Shown here in pieces: positions 25,779 through 35,782 of a stretch of DNA of 54,303 bases. The notes under the pieces are model-generated. The model was not told the origin of the DNA. It did not search any database and was given only the letters and a program-made list of their open reading frames with translations. Source of the DNA: a virus (lineage: Duplodnaviria > Caudoviricetes); the IMG/VR virus record IMGVR_UViG_3300032313_000663, positions 1 through 54,303 of that record; one strand, 5' to 3'. Each line of letters opens with the position of its first letter. Positions within the stretch are counted from its first letter, which is position 1. The translations under genes and the position numbers were made by a program.

Positions 25779-26108
25779 ATGGCACGACGAGACCCAAAAC
25801 TGACATACCAAAACTTCGGCAAATTCCGCCACACGTGGATTCACGAGGCGGACCGGATCGTCATGGATTGCGAGGAGTTTGTCGCTCAGCCGCCGTCGGT
25901 CAGTCCACAGTCTGCCCGCCACTGGAGGCGAGCCGCCAAGCTTTACGAGCGTGCTGCGGACTTCTACCGGCGTGCCGGGCTGGGAATCATGTCGATCAAC
26001 TCGTGGAAGAACGCTGAGGCGTGCTACGCGTCCCTCCACATGGCAGACGATCAAGAGCGTTGTCGGTTGAAGAGTGTTTCTATCCCTGTGTATTACGAGG
26101 AGGACTGA
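25779..26108 (+). CDS. Hypothetical helical protein
   Basis: GGAGG RBS. Confidence 0.65.
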   Translation: MARRDPKLTYQNFGKFRHTWIHEADRIVMDCEEFVAQPPSVSPQSARHWRRAAKLYERAADFYRRAGLGIMSINSWKNAEACYASLHMADDQERCRLKSVSIPVYYEED

Positions 26109-26111
26109 CGC

Positions 26112-26411
26112 ATGGAAGTGGGACAAAAGGTCTGGACGTCGACGGTTTTCAGCCACGGGCATGACTCGCCCTACGTGTACATCACCGAGAGGACCGTGGT
26201 CGCGGTGACTGACGCCGGGGTTGTTGTCGATGCGAAGAACCACCCGACGATCGTCGAGCAGGAGTCGAAGCTCTACACGAGCAAGGCAGACGCGGCTGCG
26301 GCTGCGATCGACAAGCTCCTCCTCGACCGTCAAGTGGTGGCGGTCAAGTACGAAGCAGAGATCGAGAAGCTGAAAAAAATTCGCTTGCAGGACGCGAGTG
26401 TCTCGGTATAG
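26112..26411 (+). CDS. Hypothetical protein
   Basis: GAGGA RBS. Confidence 0.65.
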   Translation: MEVGQKVWTSTVFSHGHDSPYVYITERTVVAVTDAGVVVDAKNHPTIVEQESKLYTSKADAAAAAIDKLLLDRQVVAVKYEAEIEKLKKIRLQDASVSV

Positions 26412-26447
26412 TTTCGGATCACATAACACAAAGTACGGATACGCAGA

Positions 26448-27815
26448 ATGGCTTCAAGGAAGAAGCCGTGGCCGCATCAGGCGGCTGCGGTGGCGTGGCT
26501 TCTCGCACGCCTATACGGGTTTCTGAATCACGAAATGGGCTGCGGCAAGACGCTTGTAGCCATTTTGGCGACGGCAGGATGCCGAAACACGCTCGTAGTC
26601 TGCCCGATTGCAGTCGGACCAGCATGGATTGCACAGGTCGCATCATCGGGCGACTCTCGCCGGGTCTGCCTAGCCGTCGAAGGATCGGCGGCTAGGCGGG
26701 CCGAGCGTATCAAAGAGGCTCTTTCGAGCGACGAGCCGACGATCGTAGTCATCAACTACGATTCCGTCTGGAGGCCTGAGATCGCGAAAGTGATCGCAGG
26801 GACTCAGTGGGACGCGATCATTCTCGACGAGTCTCACCGGATTAAGTCTCACACGGGCAAGGCCTCGAAGTTCTTGTGCAAGCTGGCGGAACGTCAGCCG
26901 CAGGCCAAGAGGCTCTGTCTTTCCGGTACTCCGACTCCGAAAGACCCGCTCGACTGGTACGCACAAATCAAGTTTCTTGACCCCGGGATTCTTGGCTGCT
27001 CGTACCCGGCTTTCCGCAATCGGATCGCCAACACTCACCCGAAATATCCGGGCTGGATCACCGGCTTCAAGCAGGATGGTCTCGACGCTCTCCGCGAGCG
27101 GATAGACCAGCACGTGCATCGAGTCAAGAGCGACGACGTCCTCGACCTACCCGAGGCGATCCACACGGTGATCGAGGTGGAAATCACCGGAAAAACCAGA
27201 CAGTTCTACGACTCGCTCGAAAACGACATGATCGCGTTTCTCGACGGCGAGCCGGTGACGGCTGCGAATCAGCTTGTCGTGGTCAGCAGACTTCGCACGG
27301 CGGCGGGCGGCTACAGTCGCATCGACGGCGGCAGTGAGTTCCAGTTGATCGACGGGACGCCTGCCAAGTCTTTGACGTTCGCGGACTGGCTCGAAGACTT
27401 CCCGCAACGCACGCCTCTCGTGGTTTTCTGCTCGTTCGTCCGCGACATCGAAGAGGTCGTCTCCCAGTGTCGCAAGGCAGGCAGGAGCGTGTCTCAGCTA
27501 CGCGGGGGCACGAACCAACTTTCCGAATGGCAGGCCGGTGAGACGGACGTGATCGTGATCCAGCAGCAGTCTGGCGGTGCGGGGATCGACTGCACGAGGG
27601 CCAGCCACTGCGTGTACTACAGCGTCGGCCACAGCTTGGGCGACTTCGACCAAAGCCTCGCGAGGCTCCGCAGGCCGGGCCAGAAACACACGTGCCGCTA
27701 CTACCACTTTGTTGTGAAGAACACGGTGGAGGAGACGATCTACGCCGCACTGCAAAACAAGAGAGACGTGGTTGAGGAAGTTCTATCGAGGCTGACAAGG
27801 AGGGTCGCGAAATGA
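26448..27815 (+). CDS. SNF2-family (SF2) helicase
   Basis: EMGCGKT, ILDESHRIK, LSGTP, SGGAGID, QSLARLRRPGQ. Confidence 0.92.
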   Translation: MASRKKPWPHQAAAVAWLLARLYGFLNHEMGCGKTLVAILATAGCRNTLVVCPIAVGPAWIAQVASSGDSRRVCLAVEGSAARRAERIKEALSSDEPTIVVINYDSVWRPEIAKVIAGTQWDAIILDESHRIKSHTGKASKFLCKLAERQPQAKRLCLSGTPTPKDPLDWYAQIKFLDPGILGCSYPAFRNRIANTHPKYPGWITGFKQDGLDALRERIDQHVHRVKSDDVLDLPEAIHTVIEVEITGKTRQFYDSLENDMIAFLDGEPVTAANQLVVVSRLRTAAGGYSRIDGGSEFQLIDGTPAKSLTFADWLEDFPQRTPLVVFCSFVRDIEEVVSQCRKAGRSVSQLRGGTNQLSEWQAGETDVIVIQQQSGGAGIDCTRASHCVYYSVGHSLGDFDQSLARLRRPGQKHTCRYYHFVVKNTVEETIYAALQNKRDVVEEVLSRLTRRVAK

Positions 27816-28633
27816 GTGATAGTCTGGAAGTGTTTACCGACATGAGCAATGAGACCTATCACGGGCGAAAGTCGCACGTGAGCCGGTCGCAGGCGAGTCG
27901 GTATCGAGGTGTTCGCGGAGGGCGAGCGCAGCGTTACGAGGAGGTGAAGGGTGGCAAGCTATTCGAGGGCAATGCCGGGACGTCTTTCGGGACGCTCGTG
28001 GACGTCGCCTTCGAGGCTGAGGCTCGTGGTCTCGACTGGCGGAGCCGGTGTGCTGTCGCGCCGCCGGAGGTGCTGACATCGAACGGCCAGCGGCGTGGCA
28101 ACGCGTTCGCGGCGTGGAAAGAGAGCCTTCCGCCCGGTGCGTTGGAGTGCAGCGTGGCCGACTTCGTGAAGGTCGCCGACATCATCGAGTCTCTCAAGGA
28201 ACACAAGATCGCTCGTCAGTTGCTGGAGTCGATCAAGCACACGCAGTACAGCGTGTTCTGGAAGGACGAGGACGGGCACGACCGCAAGGCACGACCTGAC
28301 GGCTTGAACGACGACGAGTGGTTTGACTTGAAGACGACGAGCAGCGAGTTCAGCAAGCTCAAGTATTCGTTCCGCGAGTTTGCCTATGACTGGCAGGCAG
28401 CTTGGTATCTGGACAGTGCGATCGCCGCAGGATGGAAGCCTTTCAGATTCCGCTTCATCGTTGTCCAGACTTTCGCTCCGTATGACGTCGCTGTCTTTAG
28501 TCTCGAAGACGAGGCGATCGAGAACGCTCGTCACGAGATCAGGAAGACTCTGGCAGACATGAAGCACCGTCGCGAGACGGGAGTCTACGTGCCTGATCAA
28601 TATCACGCGGAGCAAGTGTTGGAGTTGGGTTGA
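27812..28633 (+). CDS. RecE-like PD-(D/E)XK exonuclease
   Basis: MSNETYH...SRS...FGTLV...KARPD...DLKTT...YDWQAAWY. Confidence 0.85.
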   Translation: MSDSLEVFTDMSNETYHGRKSHVSRSQASRYRGVRGGRAQRYEEVKGGKLFEGNAGTSFGTLVDVAFEAEARGLDWRSRCAVAPPEVLTSNGQRRGNAFAAWKESLPPGALECSVADFVKVADIIESLKEHKIARQLLESIKHTQYSVFWKDEDGHDRKARPDGLNDDEWFDLKTTSSEFSKLKYSFREFAYDWQAAWYLDSAIAAGWKPFRFRFIVVQTFAPYDVAVFSLEDEAIENARHEIRKTLADMKHRRETGVYVPDQYHAEQVLELG

Positions 28634-28689
28634 TTGTCGAGTCGGACTGTCTGACTCGATTTGTTCGGTAGGCAAGGAGGATCATCATC

Positions 28690-29433
28690 ATGGCGAATGC
28701 CATCGCGACGGTAGGTAGTTTCGGTCTGTCGGTCAGCGGAGACGATTTCCGCAGGAACGAGCAGACGATCGTGAAGATTCCCGGCGGCGGGATCACGAAG
28801 TGGTCGTGGTCGACCATACTCGGCGATCAGGTGGAGAGCGAGATCACTGGCGTGATCGTGGCTCTCACCGAGGTGCAGCACGACCTGTGGCCTCACACGG
28901 GTCAGGCTTCTGAGAAGTCGAGCCCGTACATGCGGAGCCTCGACGGCAAGACGGCGAAGATCGTGGGGGCTGACTCCGGCGACCTCGACGTCAAGCACAT
29001 CGAAGCGGCGAGGATCGAGGGCACCGAATTTTTCGACTGCTCGAAGATCAAGTATTTCCTGTGGGAGAAGCAGGGCGATCGAAACATCCCGCCGCGTGCC
29101 AACGCGACGAGTACGATCGGCATCCTCCGCGCGGGAGACTCGGCTCCTCTTTTCATCCGGCTGTCGAAGACCTCGTCGCCGAAGGTGCAGGAGTTCGCTC
29201 GTCGGCTGCGTGGTCAGGGCGTGCAGCCCTATCAGGCGATCGTGAGTCTCGGTCTGGAGGCTGTGAAGGGTGCGAAGGCGACCTACAGCCGCGTGGTGCC
29301 GAAGTTCGTCAGCCCGGCCCCGGCGGAGATGGTCGACGCGTTTCGTAGCTACTTCGAGCAAGTCTCGCCGAAACTGCGTGGCTCGATGGAACTCTACGTG
29401 GGCAAGGAATCGCTCGACGCGGTTCCCTTCTGA
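28690..29433 (+). CDS. Putative ssDNA-binding/recombination protein
   Basis: Lies between exonuclease and primase; C-terminus DAVPF resembles an SSB tail. Confidence 0.5.
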   Translation: MANAIATVGSFGLSVSGDDFRRNEQTIVKIPGGGITKWSWSTILGDQVESEITGVIVALTEVQHDLWPHTGQASEKSSPYMRSLDGKTAKIVGADSGDLDVKHIEAARIEGTEFFDCSKIKYFLWEKQGDRNIPPRANATSTIGILRAGDSAPLFIRLSKTSSPKVQEFARRLRGQGVQPYQAIVSLGLEAVKGAKATYSRVVPKFVSPAPAEMVDAFRSYFEQVSPKLRGSMELYVGKESLDAVPF

Positions 29434-29459
29434 TCGATAGTACGGACTCGTGTTCTTTT

Positions 29460-29497
29460 TGCCCGGCCGGTGTGGGGCTGTCCCCACCGGCCGGGCA
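29460..29497. terminator. Long GC hairpin
   Basis: TGCCCGGCCGGTG...CACCGGCCGGGCA flanked by T runs. Confidence 0.6.
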
Positions 29498-29532
29498 TTT
29501 CTCACCATTTTTCATCAATCCAAGGAGGTTTT

Positions 29533-31131
29533 GTGGAGTACCGCGCACAGGAAGTGTTTCAGGCGGCGGCGGCAGTCGCAGGCAAGGGCTGGAAGGTCGT
29601 CAAGCTTTACGGCGTCAAGGACGACGCCACGTGTACGTGCCACCGTGGGGCTCAGTGCCCAACTCCGGGCAAGCACCCGGCCGGTGGTGCAGACTGGCAG
29701 AATCGTGCCACCGACGACGAGGACAAAATCTCTGAGTGGTTCGACTACTCTGACACGAGCCAGAGCGACCGAGTCAACGTCGGCGTGAGACTTGGCGAGT
29801 CCAGCGGCATCATCGACGTCGAGGTCGACGGCCCGGAGGCCGAGGAGACCCTGCGAAAGTATGGTCTCGACAAGATCGCGACCCCAACCTACCGGGCGTC
29901 TCGTGGATGCCACCGGATTTTCAAGTACGAGGACGATCTTCCTGACGTCGGAGTCGTGAAGGTCGACCAGCTTGAGGTGAGACTTGGCGGCGGCGGTAAG
30001 GCCGCTCAGTCCGTCATGCCATCGTCTTGGCATCGGACGGGCATCCAATACTTGTGGCTCCCCGGCCTGTCTCTGGAAGAGGTTGAACCGGCACCACTGC
30101 CACCAGAGTTCCGGGCGGCTGTGAAGGCCAACAGCAAGCAAGGCGGCAGCGGGGCCGTCGCTCAGGCCGTGCAGGCGATCATCGGAGAGGTTCAGGTGCC
30201 GATCGGGAATCGGCACGGATACTTGGTCGGCGTCGCCTCGTGGCTGTGCGGCAACCTGAAGAGGCACTTGCCCGAGGATCGCACCATCGTCACGAACCTC
30301 CTGCTCGCCCAGAACAGGTCTCTGCCCTCGCCAAAGGCTCCTGAAGAGGTCATGCGGATCGCCGCAGACCAGTTCGAGTATTACCGGATGCGTGCCGAGG
30401 AGCGTCGCAATAACCGCGAACGTCCGTTCGAGGCCTACGGTCTGGAGTGGAACTTAGAGAGCCGCGAGTGGGATGCCGGGACGTGGTCGCTCACGATCAT
30501 CCGCTCCGATCCTGTCGAGTACCGTCTCACGTTCCCTCACGAGGGGCGTGTTGTCAGCGTCTCGATGAACGAGACTCAAATCTACAACCCTGTCGTCGTG
30601 TCATCGCTCATCCTGTCTGCCAGCACGAACATCGACATGATGGTGCCGTACTCGGACGCGTGGAAGCTTCTTTGGATGGGAGGGCGGGTTCGCGACGGAG
30701 ACGGCTGGAGGAACGTGGTCTCGCTCCGGGCGAGGCTGATCCAAGACGCCGAGGTCGAGACGCCTTCGCTCGACTCCTGCATCTGGAGCCAGCACGCAGC
30801 CATCCTGAGAGGCTATCTGAGGCCGTTCAGCCGGTCAGACGACGACGAGAACGACCCTCCGTGTGCCGACGGCACGCCAAAGTGGATCAAGAAGGGCGGA
30901 AGCTGGCTCCTGTACTTCAAGTGGCAGGAAATGCTCAGGGCTGCGTGGCGGACCGTCTCCGTGCCGATCACGGTCGAGCAGGAGCGGACCCTGAAGAGGA
31001 AAATCCTCGAAGTCACAGGCGAGAAGGACTTCAAGGAGGCGGGCTTCCACCACAACGGCGAGAGTCTGGGCAAGTTCAAGGTCTGGACCGACGCCCATAT
31101 CAACGCGCTCGACCAACTCACCGGGGCTTGA
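29533..31131 (+). CDS. Bifunctional primase/polymerase (Prim-Pol) domain replication protein
   Basis: CTC...C...PGKHP, ATDD, NVGVRLG...IIDVEVD, GCHRIF, PSSWH...Y-W; no Walker A seen. Confidence 0.85.
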   Translation: MEYRAQEVFQAAAAVAGKGWKVVKLYGVKDDATCTCHRGAQCPTPGKHPAGGADWQNRATDDEDKISEWFDYSDTSQSDRVNVGVRLGESSGIIDVEVDGPEAEETLRKYGLDKIATPTYRASRGCHRIFKYEDDLPDVGVVKVDQLEVRLGGGGKAAQSVMPSSWHRTGIQYLWLPGLSLEEVEPAPLPPEFRAAVKANSKQGGSGAVAQAVQAIIGEVQVPIGNRHGYLVGVASWLCGNLKRHLPEDRTIVTNLLLAQNRSLPSPKAPEEVMRIAADQFEYYRMRAEERRNNRERPFEAYGLEWNLESREWDAGTWSLTIIRSDPVEYRLTFPHEGRVVSVSMNETQIYNPVVVSSLILSASTNIDMMVPYSDAWKLLWMGGRVRDGDGWRNVVSLRARLIQDAEVETPSLDSCIWSQHAAILRGYLRPFSRSDDDENDPPCADGTPKWIKKGGSWLLYFKWQEMLRAAWRTVSVPITVEQERTLKRKILEVTGEKDFKEAGFHHNGESLGKFKVWTDAHINALDQLTGA

Positions 31132-31139
31132 TCGCGATC

Positions 31140-31265
31140 TCTCTATATAGGGAGGTTTCATTTTTTAAATCGAAAATATGAGGTATGGGGTATTACACGT
31201 CAAAGTGCGGAATGTAACCCCAAACCAGATAAGGATTTGTGTCTTATATAGTGCAATACCCCGAG
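31140..31265. other. AT-rich putative replication origin
   Basis: CTATATAGGG, GGGGTATTAC (31187-31196), GTAACCCC and TGCAATACCCC (31252-31262), directly after the primase gene. Confidence 0.6.
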
Positions 31266-31306
31266 CGAATCATGTCGGGGTTGCGGAGGTATGACTTACC
31301 AAGGAG

Positions 31307-32983
31307 ATGGAGAAGATGGGCAAGGTAGAGAGGCATATTGGCGGTCCGGGCACCGGAAAGACCCGGCTGATCCTCGATCGGCTCAGCGAGACGAAGCGAG
31401 AGTTTAGTTTGTCGATCGACGAGATAGCTCTTTGCACATTCACCCGTGCGGGCAGGCAGGAGCTATCGGAGCGGGCTGCGGCGGAGTGGGGCTGCGACCC
31501 GGAGTCGCTGACCAAGCATGGGTGGTTCCGGACCGCCCACTCGATCTCTCACCGTCAGTGCCACGTCGAGGAGGGGCAGCTTCTCCAAGGATCGGAAGGG
31601 GCCGAGTGGATTGGCGAAGTCGTCGGAGGGAAGGTCGCCACTCGGTACGACGCTCGAAGCCGTGAGGTCAGCTTCGTGTCTGGCGAGAGCGACAACACTC
31701 TGACCCGCGCCCTCGCCGCGTGGGACTTGGCACGAGCCAACATGACCAGCCTGAAGGCAGTCCTGCGACGCTGGGCTGCGGCAGGAGAACACGTGCCAGA
31801 CTCGCACGCAGTCGCGAGGTACATCGAGAAGTACGAAACAGCCAAGCGGAGGCAGGGTCGGCTCGACTACACCGACATCATTGCGAAGTTTGCAGGGATC
31901 AGGTTCACCATCGACGGCCCGGAGGAAACCCTGCCCGAGGGCGAAGTCCCGGCTGGCATAAAGGCTCTGGCGATCGACGAGGCTCAGGACTCGTCGGTGC
32001 TGGTCGATCGCGTCTGCCGCCGTCTTGCTGAGAGTCCGTCGATCGAGCGAGTCTTCCTGAGCGGTGACGCGTACCAGAGCATCTACTCATTCAACGGCTC
32101 TGACTATCGGCTCTTCCTGAACTGGGAGGCGGAGGAGTTTATCATGCCACGCTCTTACCGATGCCCGCCTGTCGTGATGGAGCTTGGCGAGCGTTGTATC
32201 CGCCGTATGCGTCACGGCTACCGCGATAGGCGGATTCAGCCTGCGGAACACACTGGGCGTGTCAGGCGAGTCTCTCAGGCACGGCAGGCGATCGATGCCA
32301 TAAAGCCAGACGAGTCTGTGCTGATCCTTGGCCGATGCGGATTCGCACTGAGCGAGTACGAAGACATCCTCAAGAGCAAGCACGTTCCGTACACGTGGAT
32401 CGACAGAGTCGGCAGTGCCTCGGAAATGTCTGGATACAGTTGCTTGTGGTCTCTCCAGCATGGCAAGCCCGTCCACCACGACGACTGGGCCAACGCGATC
32501 GCGATGATCCCTGCGGAAGACGTCAGGCTCGGCCAGTTGCTTGTTCGTGGCGAAAAGGCAGCGTGGAAGAAGGGGCTCCGTTCCAACGTGGACGTGATCC
32601 TTCCGACCGACGAGCACCTGACTCTCGCCGGAGCGACGGAGGCGTTCGCTGGCCTGATCCGCAACGGTAGCTGGCACGAGTACCTCGACAAGTCTCACTC
32701 GAAGAAGGCAAGCCGCTGGGTCGAGGCTGCGAAGAGGTTTGGCCCGGACACTGCCTGCAATCCGAAGGTCCGCCTGTCAACGATCCACAGTGCCAAAGGG
32801 TGCGAGGGGGACACGGTGATTCTCTCGACGATCTCAAGCCCTGCCGTGGAGCGAGGTCGTCAGGAGGTCGACGACATCCACGACGAGGAGTGCCGCGTGA
32901 ACTACGTGGCCGTGACTCGTGCCCGGAAAGACTTGTGGATCGTCAACGACGGCGGCAAGTTTGCGATGGAGATTCCCGCATGA
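31307..32983 (+). CDS. UvrD-like SF1 helicase
   Basis: GGPGTGKT, TFTR, IDEAQD, GDAYQSIY, SYRCP, STIHSAKG-E, YVAVTRAR. Confidence 0.92.
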   Translation: MEKMGKVERHIGGPGTGKTRLILDRLSETKREFSLSIDEIALCTFTRAGRQELSERAAAEWGCDPESLTKHGWFRTAHSISHRQCHVEEGQLLQGSEGAEWIGEVVGGKVATRYDARSREVSFVSGESDNTLTRALAAWDLARANMTSLKAVLRRWAAAGEHVPDSHAVARYIEKYETAKRRQGRLDYTDIIAKFAGIRFTIDGPEETLPEGEVPAGIKALAIDEAQDSSVLVDRVCRRLAESPSIERVFLSGDAYQSIYSFNGSDYRLFLNWEAEEFIMPRSYRCPPVVMELGERCIRRMRHGYRDRRIQPAEHTGRVRRVSQARQAIDAIKPDESVLILGRCGFALSEYEDILKSKHVPYTWIDRVGSASEMSGYSCLWSLQHGKPVHHDDWANAIAMIPAEDVRLGQLLVRGEKAAWKKGLRSNVDVILPTDEHLTLAGATEAFAGLIRNGSWHEYLDKSHSKKASRWVEAAKRFGPDTACNPKVRLSTIHSAKGCEGDTVILSTISSPAVERGRQEVDDIHDEECRVNYVAVTRARKDLWIVNDGGKFAMEIPA

Positions 32984-33447
32984 ACCAGCTTTTCGACACG
33001 TCTCCGATCGAGGACGAGGACGGCAAAAAGAAGAAGAAGGGCAAGAAGAAGCAGCCCGAGCCGCAGCACGTCACGACCTACCGGCGAGAGCCTGACGTTG
33101 AGTTGGCCCAGCCCGGCTACCTCGCCAGCATCGAGGGTCACTACTCGTGCGACCGCTGCGGGCTGACGACTCTCGACCTGATTGACGTCCGTGGCACGAA
33201 GTGGCTCGTAATGTGCGGCTGGTGGTGTCTGCACTCGTGGCTCGTGGACCCGATCCCCGGCCTGCTCGACAAAGAGGATCGCAAGCAAGCCCCGGACGCG
33301 TTTGTCATGCGAGACGGTCTCTTTAGCGGCAAGACTTTCGACGAGATCGCTGCTGCCGGTGGCCGGGCCTACATCGAGTCTCTGCCTGTCGTGTCGAAGA
33401 GACAGGCTGTCAAAGACGCCGCGAAAAAATGGCTTGACAGTCATTGA
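32980..33447 (+). CDS. Hypothetical zinc-binding protein
   Basis: CDRC...CGWWC; C-terminal GLFSGKTFDEI. Confidence 0.7.
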   Translation: MNQLFDTSPIEDEDGKKKKKGKKKQPEPQHVTTYRREPDVELAQPGYLASIEGHYSCDRCGLTTLDLIDVRGTKWLVMCGWWCLHSWLVDPIPGLLDKEDRKQAPDAFVMRDGLFSGKTFDEIAAAGGRAYIESLPVVSKRQAVKDAAKKWLDSH

Positions 33448-33461
33448 ATAGTACGGATACT
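33434..33461 (+). promoter_or_regulatory. Possible promoter with TAGTACGGA half-site
   Basis: TTGACA, TAGTACGGA at 33449-33457, weak -10. Confidence 0.5.
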
Positions 33462-33493
33462 CACCCCCACACCGCATCTCAAAAGGAGTTGAT

Positions 33494-33961
33494 ATGCCCA
33501 AGCCTCTGCCCGGCGTCGTTGACGCTCTTCAGGCCTCTCTCAGGAATCACTGGACGCAAATCGCGGCCTACGAGACTCAGGCGTCTCACTTCGCACGATG
33601 GGGATATTCCCAGCTTGGCGTGGCGTTTCAGGACTACGCGGTTGAGGAGCGTGACCACGCGAAGAAGCTGATCGACCGTCTGGAGTTCTTCGACTCCCAG
33701 CCCACCTACGAGTTCGAGCAGCCGCTGTGGCCCCGTCATGACTTCGAGGGAATCCTCGAAGTGAACTACGTGTTCGAGACCACGACGGCCAACACAGAAC
33801 GGTCTGGATACCTTCTCTGCGTTGAACTGGGTGACGCCGAGACTGCGGCGATCTTCGCCGACCTCCTGAAGGGCAGCGAAGACGGCATGGCAGAGATCGA
33901 GGCCACGCGTCTCGTGATCGACCAGATTGGCCTCGACAACTATCTGGCGGATCGCACGTGA
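33494..33961 (+). CDS. bfr: Bacterioferritin-like protein (divergent)
   Basis: WGY...EERDHA..LIDR...GD...IGLDNYL pattern, 155 aa. Confidence 0.85.
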   Translation: MPKPLPGVVDALQASLRNHWTQIAAYETQASHFARWGYSQLGVAFQDYAVEERDHAKKLIDRLEFFDSQPTYEFEQPLWPRHDFEGILEVNYVFETTTANTERSGYLLCVELGDAETAAIFADLLKGSEDGMAEIEATRLVIDQIGLDNYLADRT

Positions 33962-34110
33962 AGCGACTTTGCAACCGCTGCAACGCGGAGAAGACGTCCA
34001 ACGCACCGTGCGAGAAGTGCGGGTGCCAAGAGTTCCGAATCATCGGACCACCATGTCCGTCAGGTGCTGCATATCACGGCACCGTTGGTAGCCAAGCCGG
34101 TGTTGGCTGA
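33958..34110 (+). CDS. 50-aa zinc-ribbon protein (not in ORF track)
   Basis: GTGA overlap; CNRC...CEKCGCQEFR. Confidence 0.6.
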   Translation: MKRLCNRCNAEKTSNAPCEKCGCQEFRIIGPPCPSGAAYHGTVGSQAGVG

Positions 34111-34192
34111 TAACCCCGGCTGTCGAGGCGAGTGTTTAGCTCTTTTCCGCTTGTGACTCGATCGTCTGCCTCACGTTACGAGGCCCATACAC

Positions 34193-34441
34193 ATGATGGA
34201 CGACCTAGCAGAAATCAACCCTGAAGCCCTGCTCGCCGACGGCCTCGAAAAGGCTTTCGTTGGCTACACCGTCAATCACCACCACGCTCACGTCGCTGTG
34301 TATGACGTGCAGAGGTGCGTCGACATTCTCGTCGAGCGTGATGGCATGACTCACGAGGGTGCTGAAGAGTACCTGTCGTTTAACACCCTTGGTTGTTACG
34401 TGGGGCCGAATGGGCCGATTTACGTGAGGATGACCGCATGA
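34193..34441 (+). CDS. Conserved phage protein
   Basis: DGLEKAFVG...AVYD...DGMT...EEYLSFNTLG-YVG. Confidence 0.8.
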   Translation: MMDDLAEINPEALLADGLEKAFVGYTVNHHHAHVAVYDVQRCVDILVERDGMTHEGAEEYLSFNTLGCYVGPNGPIYVRMTA

Positions 34442-35232
34442 AGTCAGACAAGCGAAAAAGAGCGGGCATTTCGTCGAAGACTCGTTGGGATGTTTTTCGC
34501 AGGGATGGTTTTAAGTGCATCTACTGCGGCTCCTGCGAGGAGCTTGTTATAGACCACGTAGACCCATTTGCCCGTGGAGGCATTGACTCACAAGACAATT
34601 TTGCGACGGCCTGTAGGAGGTGCAACTCAGGGAAGCGAGACAAAGTTCTTGTGCCTCCGCTTGCTGTAAATCAGGAATTTTTTGACGAGCAAAGGGTCGT
34701 GAGTTCTGGTGTTTCGTATAGAAACCACCTGCACAAAGACTGGGGCCAAGCCCTTCAGCACGCAGATTGTTTTTCTGCGGTCGAATACATCGCAGACAAA
34801 AAACTTTGCCAAGGGGCAGATTTCAGTATGTGTTCGATGCTCACAGGACAAAGGCGGTACATGCGGGTTGTTATCGCCAGCATGTGCGACGAGCGTTCGC
34901 CTGAGCAGCAGAACAAAATACGCGAAGCGGTTTCTAGGGCGTTGAACAGAGATAAAACAATCCTTCTGATTGGGTCTCCGTTTTACTTCTACGCGATGGT
35001 AATCGATTTGTATTACCCGGAGTCGCCATGCGTTGGTCAACTAACAGACAGTCTGACGCTGTCAGATCGGACTATAGATCGTTCTGATCTCGAAGAGTGG
35101 CTCTCTCTCACCGAGGAAGATTTTGTGGAGCCTGCTGACGCTTTTTACCTCAAAGCCAGAAGTTTCCCTTGGAGGAAACGCATGGACGAGATTTACGAGG
35201 GTTCTTGTGCAATACGAAATAAAAGCAATTGA
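34438..35232 (+). CDS. HNH endonuclease domain protein
   Basis: RDGFKCIYCG...DHVDP..GG...N...ACRRCNSGK. Confidence 0.85.
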   Translation: MKSDKRKRAGISSKTRWDVFRRDGFKCIYCGSCEELVIDHVDPFARGGIDSQDNFATACRRCNSGKRDKVLVPPLAVNQEFFDEQRVVSSGVSYRNHLHKDWGQALQHADCFSAVEYIADKKLCQGADFSMCSMLTGQRRYMRVVIASMCDERSPEQQNKIREAVSRALNRDKTILLIGSPFYFYAMVIDLYYPESPCVGQLTDSLTLSDRTIDRSDLEEWLSLTEEDFVEPADAFYLKARSFPWRKRMDEIYEGSCAIRNKSN

Positions 35233-35767
35233 GACAAAGTACAAGGGCATCTTGTTTCGTTCGCGCCTTGAAGCCAAGTGGGCGTGCTTCTTCGACCTTC
35301 TGGGGTGGAAGTGGAGGTATGAGCCAGCAGACTTCAACGGATGGATTCCTGACTTCGCCATTTATGGAGCAGATTGCGTCTATGTCGAGGTGAAGCCTGT
35401 AATCGATTTCCCTACTGACGTTGCTGAGAAGATAGACGCCAGCGGTTGCAGGAATGAAGTTTTGATTCTTGGTGAGCTTGGACCGGAACTCGGTAGTGAA
35501 GACTATTGGTTTCGTTTGGGCTGGCTGAGAGAAGTTAATCATTACGATGAGGCTTCGGCTCCTGATTTTTTATGGGATGAAGCTGTGCTGGGGAGGTGGG
35601 AGGCAGGAAAGGGTTCTATTGGATTTTGTCATTCCGGCATTGCATTTTCGGACAGAATTTCTGGCGGGTACGACGGGGGATGCTTCGGCGAATTGCCGCT
35701 GCATTGGGATGAGATAGATGAGTTGTGGGCTGCTGCCTGTAACTCGACTCGCTGGAAGCCTCGCTAA
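35207..35767 (+). CDS. PD-(D/E)XK nuclease-like protein
   Basis: FRSRLEAKWA-FFD...YEP...IPDF...YVEVK. Confidence 0.8.
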   Translation: MQYEIKAIETKYKGILFRSRLEAKWACFFDLLGWKWRYEPADFNGWIPDFAIYGADCVYVEVKPVIDFPTDVAEKIDASGCRNEVLILGELGPELGSEDYWFRLGWLREVNHYDEASAPDFLWDEAVLGRWEAGKGSIGFCHSGIAFSDRISGGYDGGCFGELPLHWDEIDELWAAACNSTRWKPR

Positions 35768-35782
35768 AGGCAAGGAAGCCTC

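Noticed and set aside
24735-26429. 564-aa minus-strand ORF and other long antisense ORFs (for example 14059-14946 and 28603-29508)
   Set aside because: They shadow well-supported + strand genes, have no motifs, and are expected from GC-rich codon bias
34084-34160. GGTAGCCAAGCCGGT resembling a tRNA D-arm
   Set aside because: No T-loop GTTCRA or acceptor stem follows, and it overlaps the end of a small zinc-ribbon ORF
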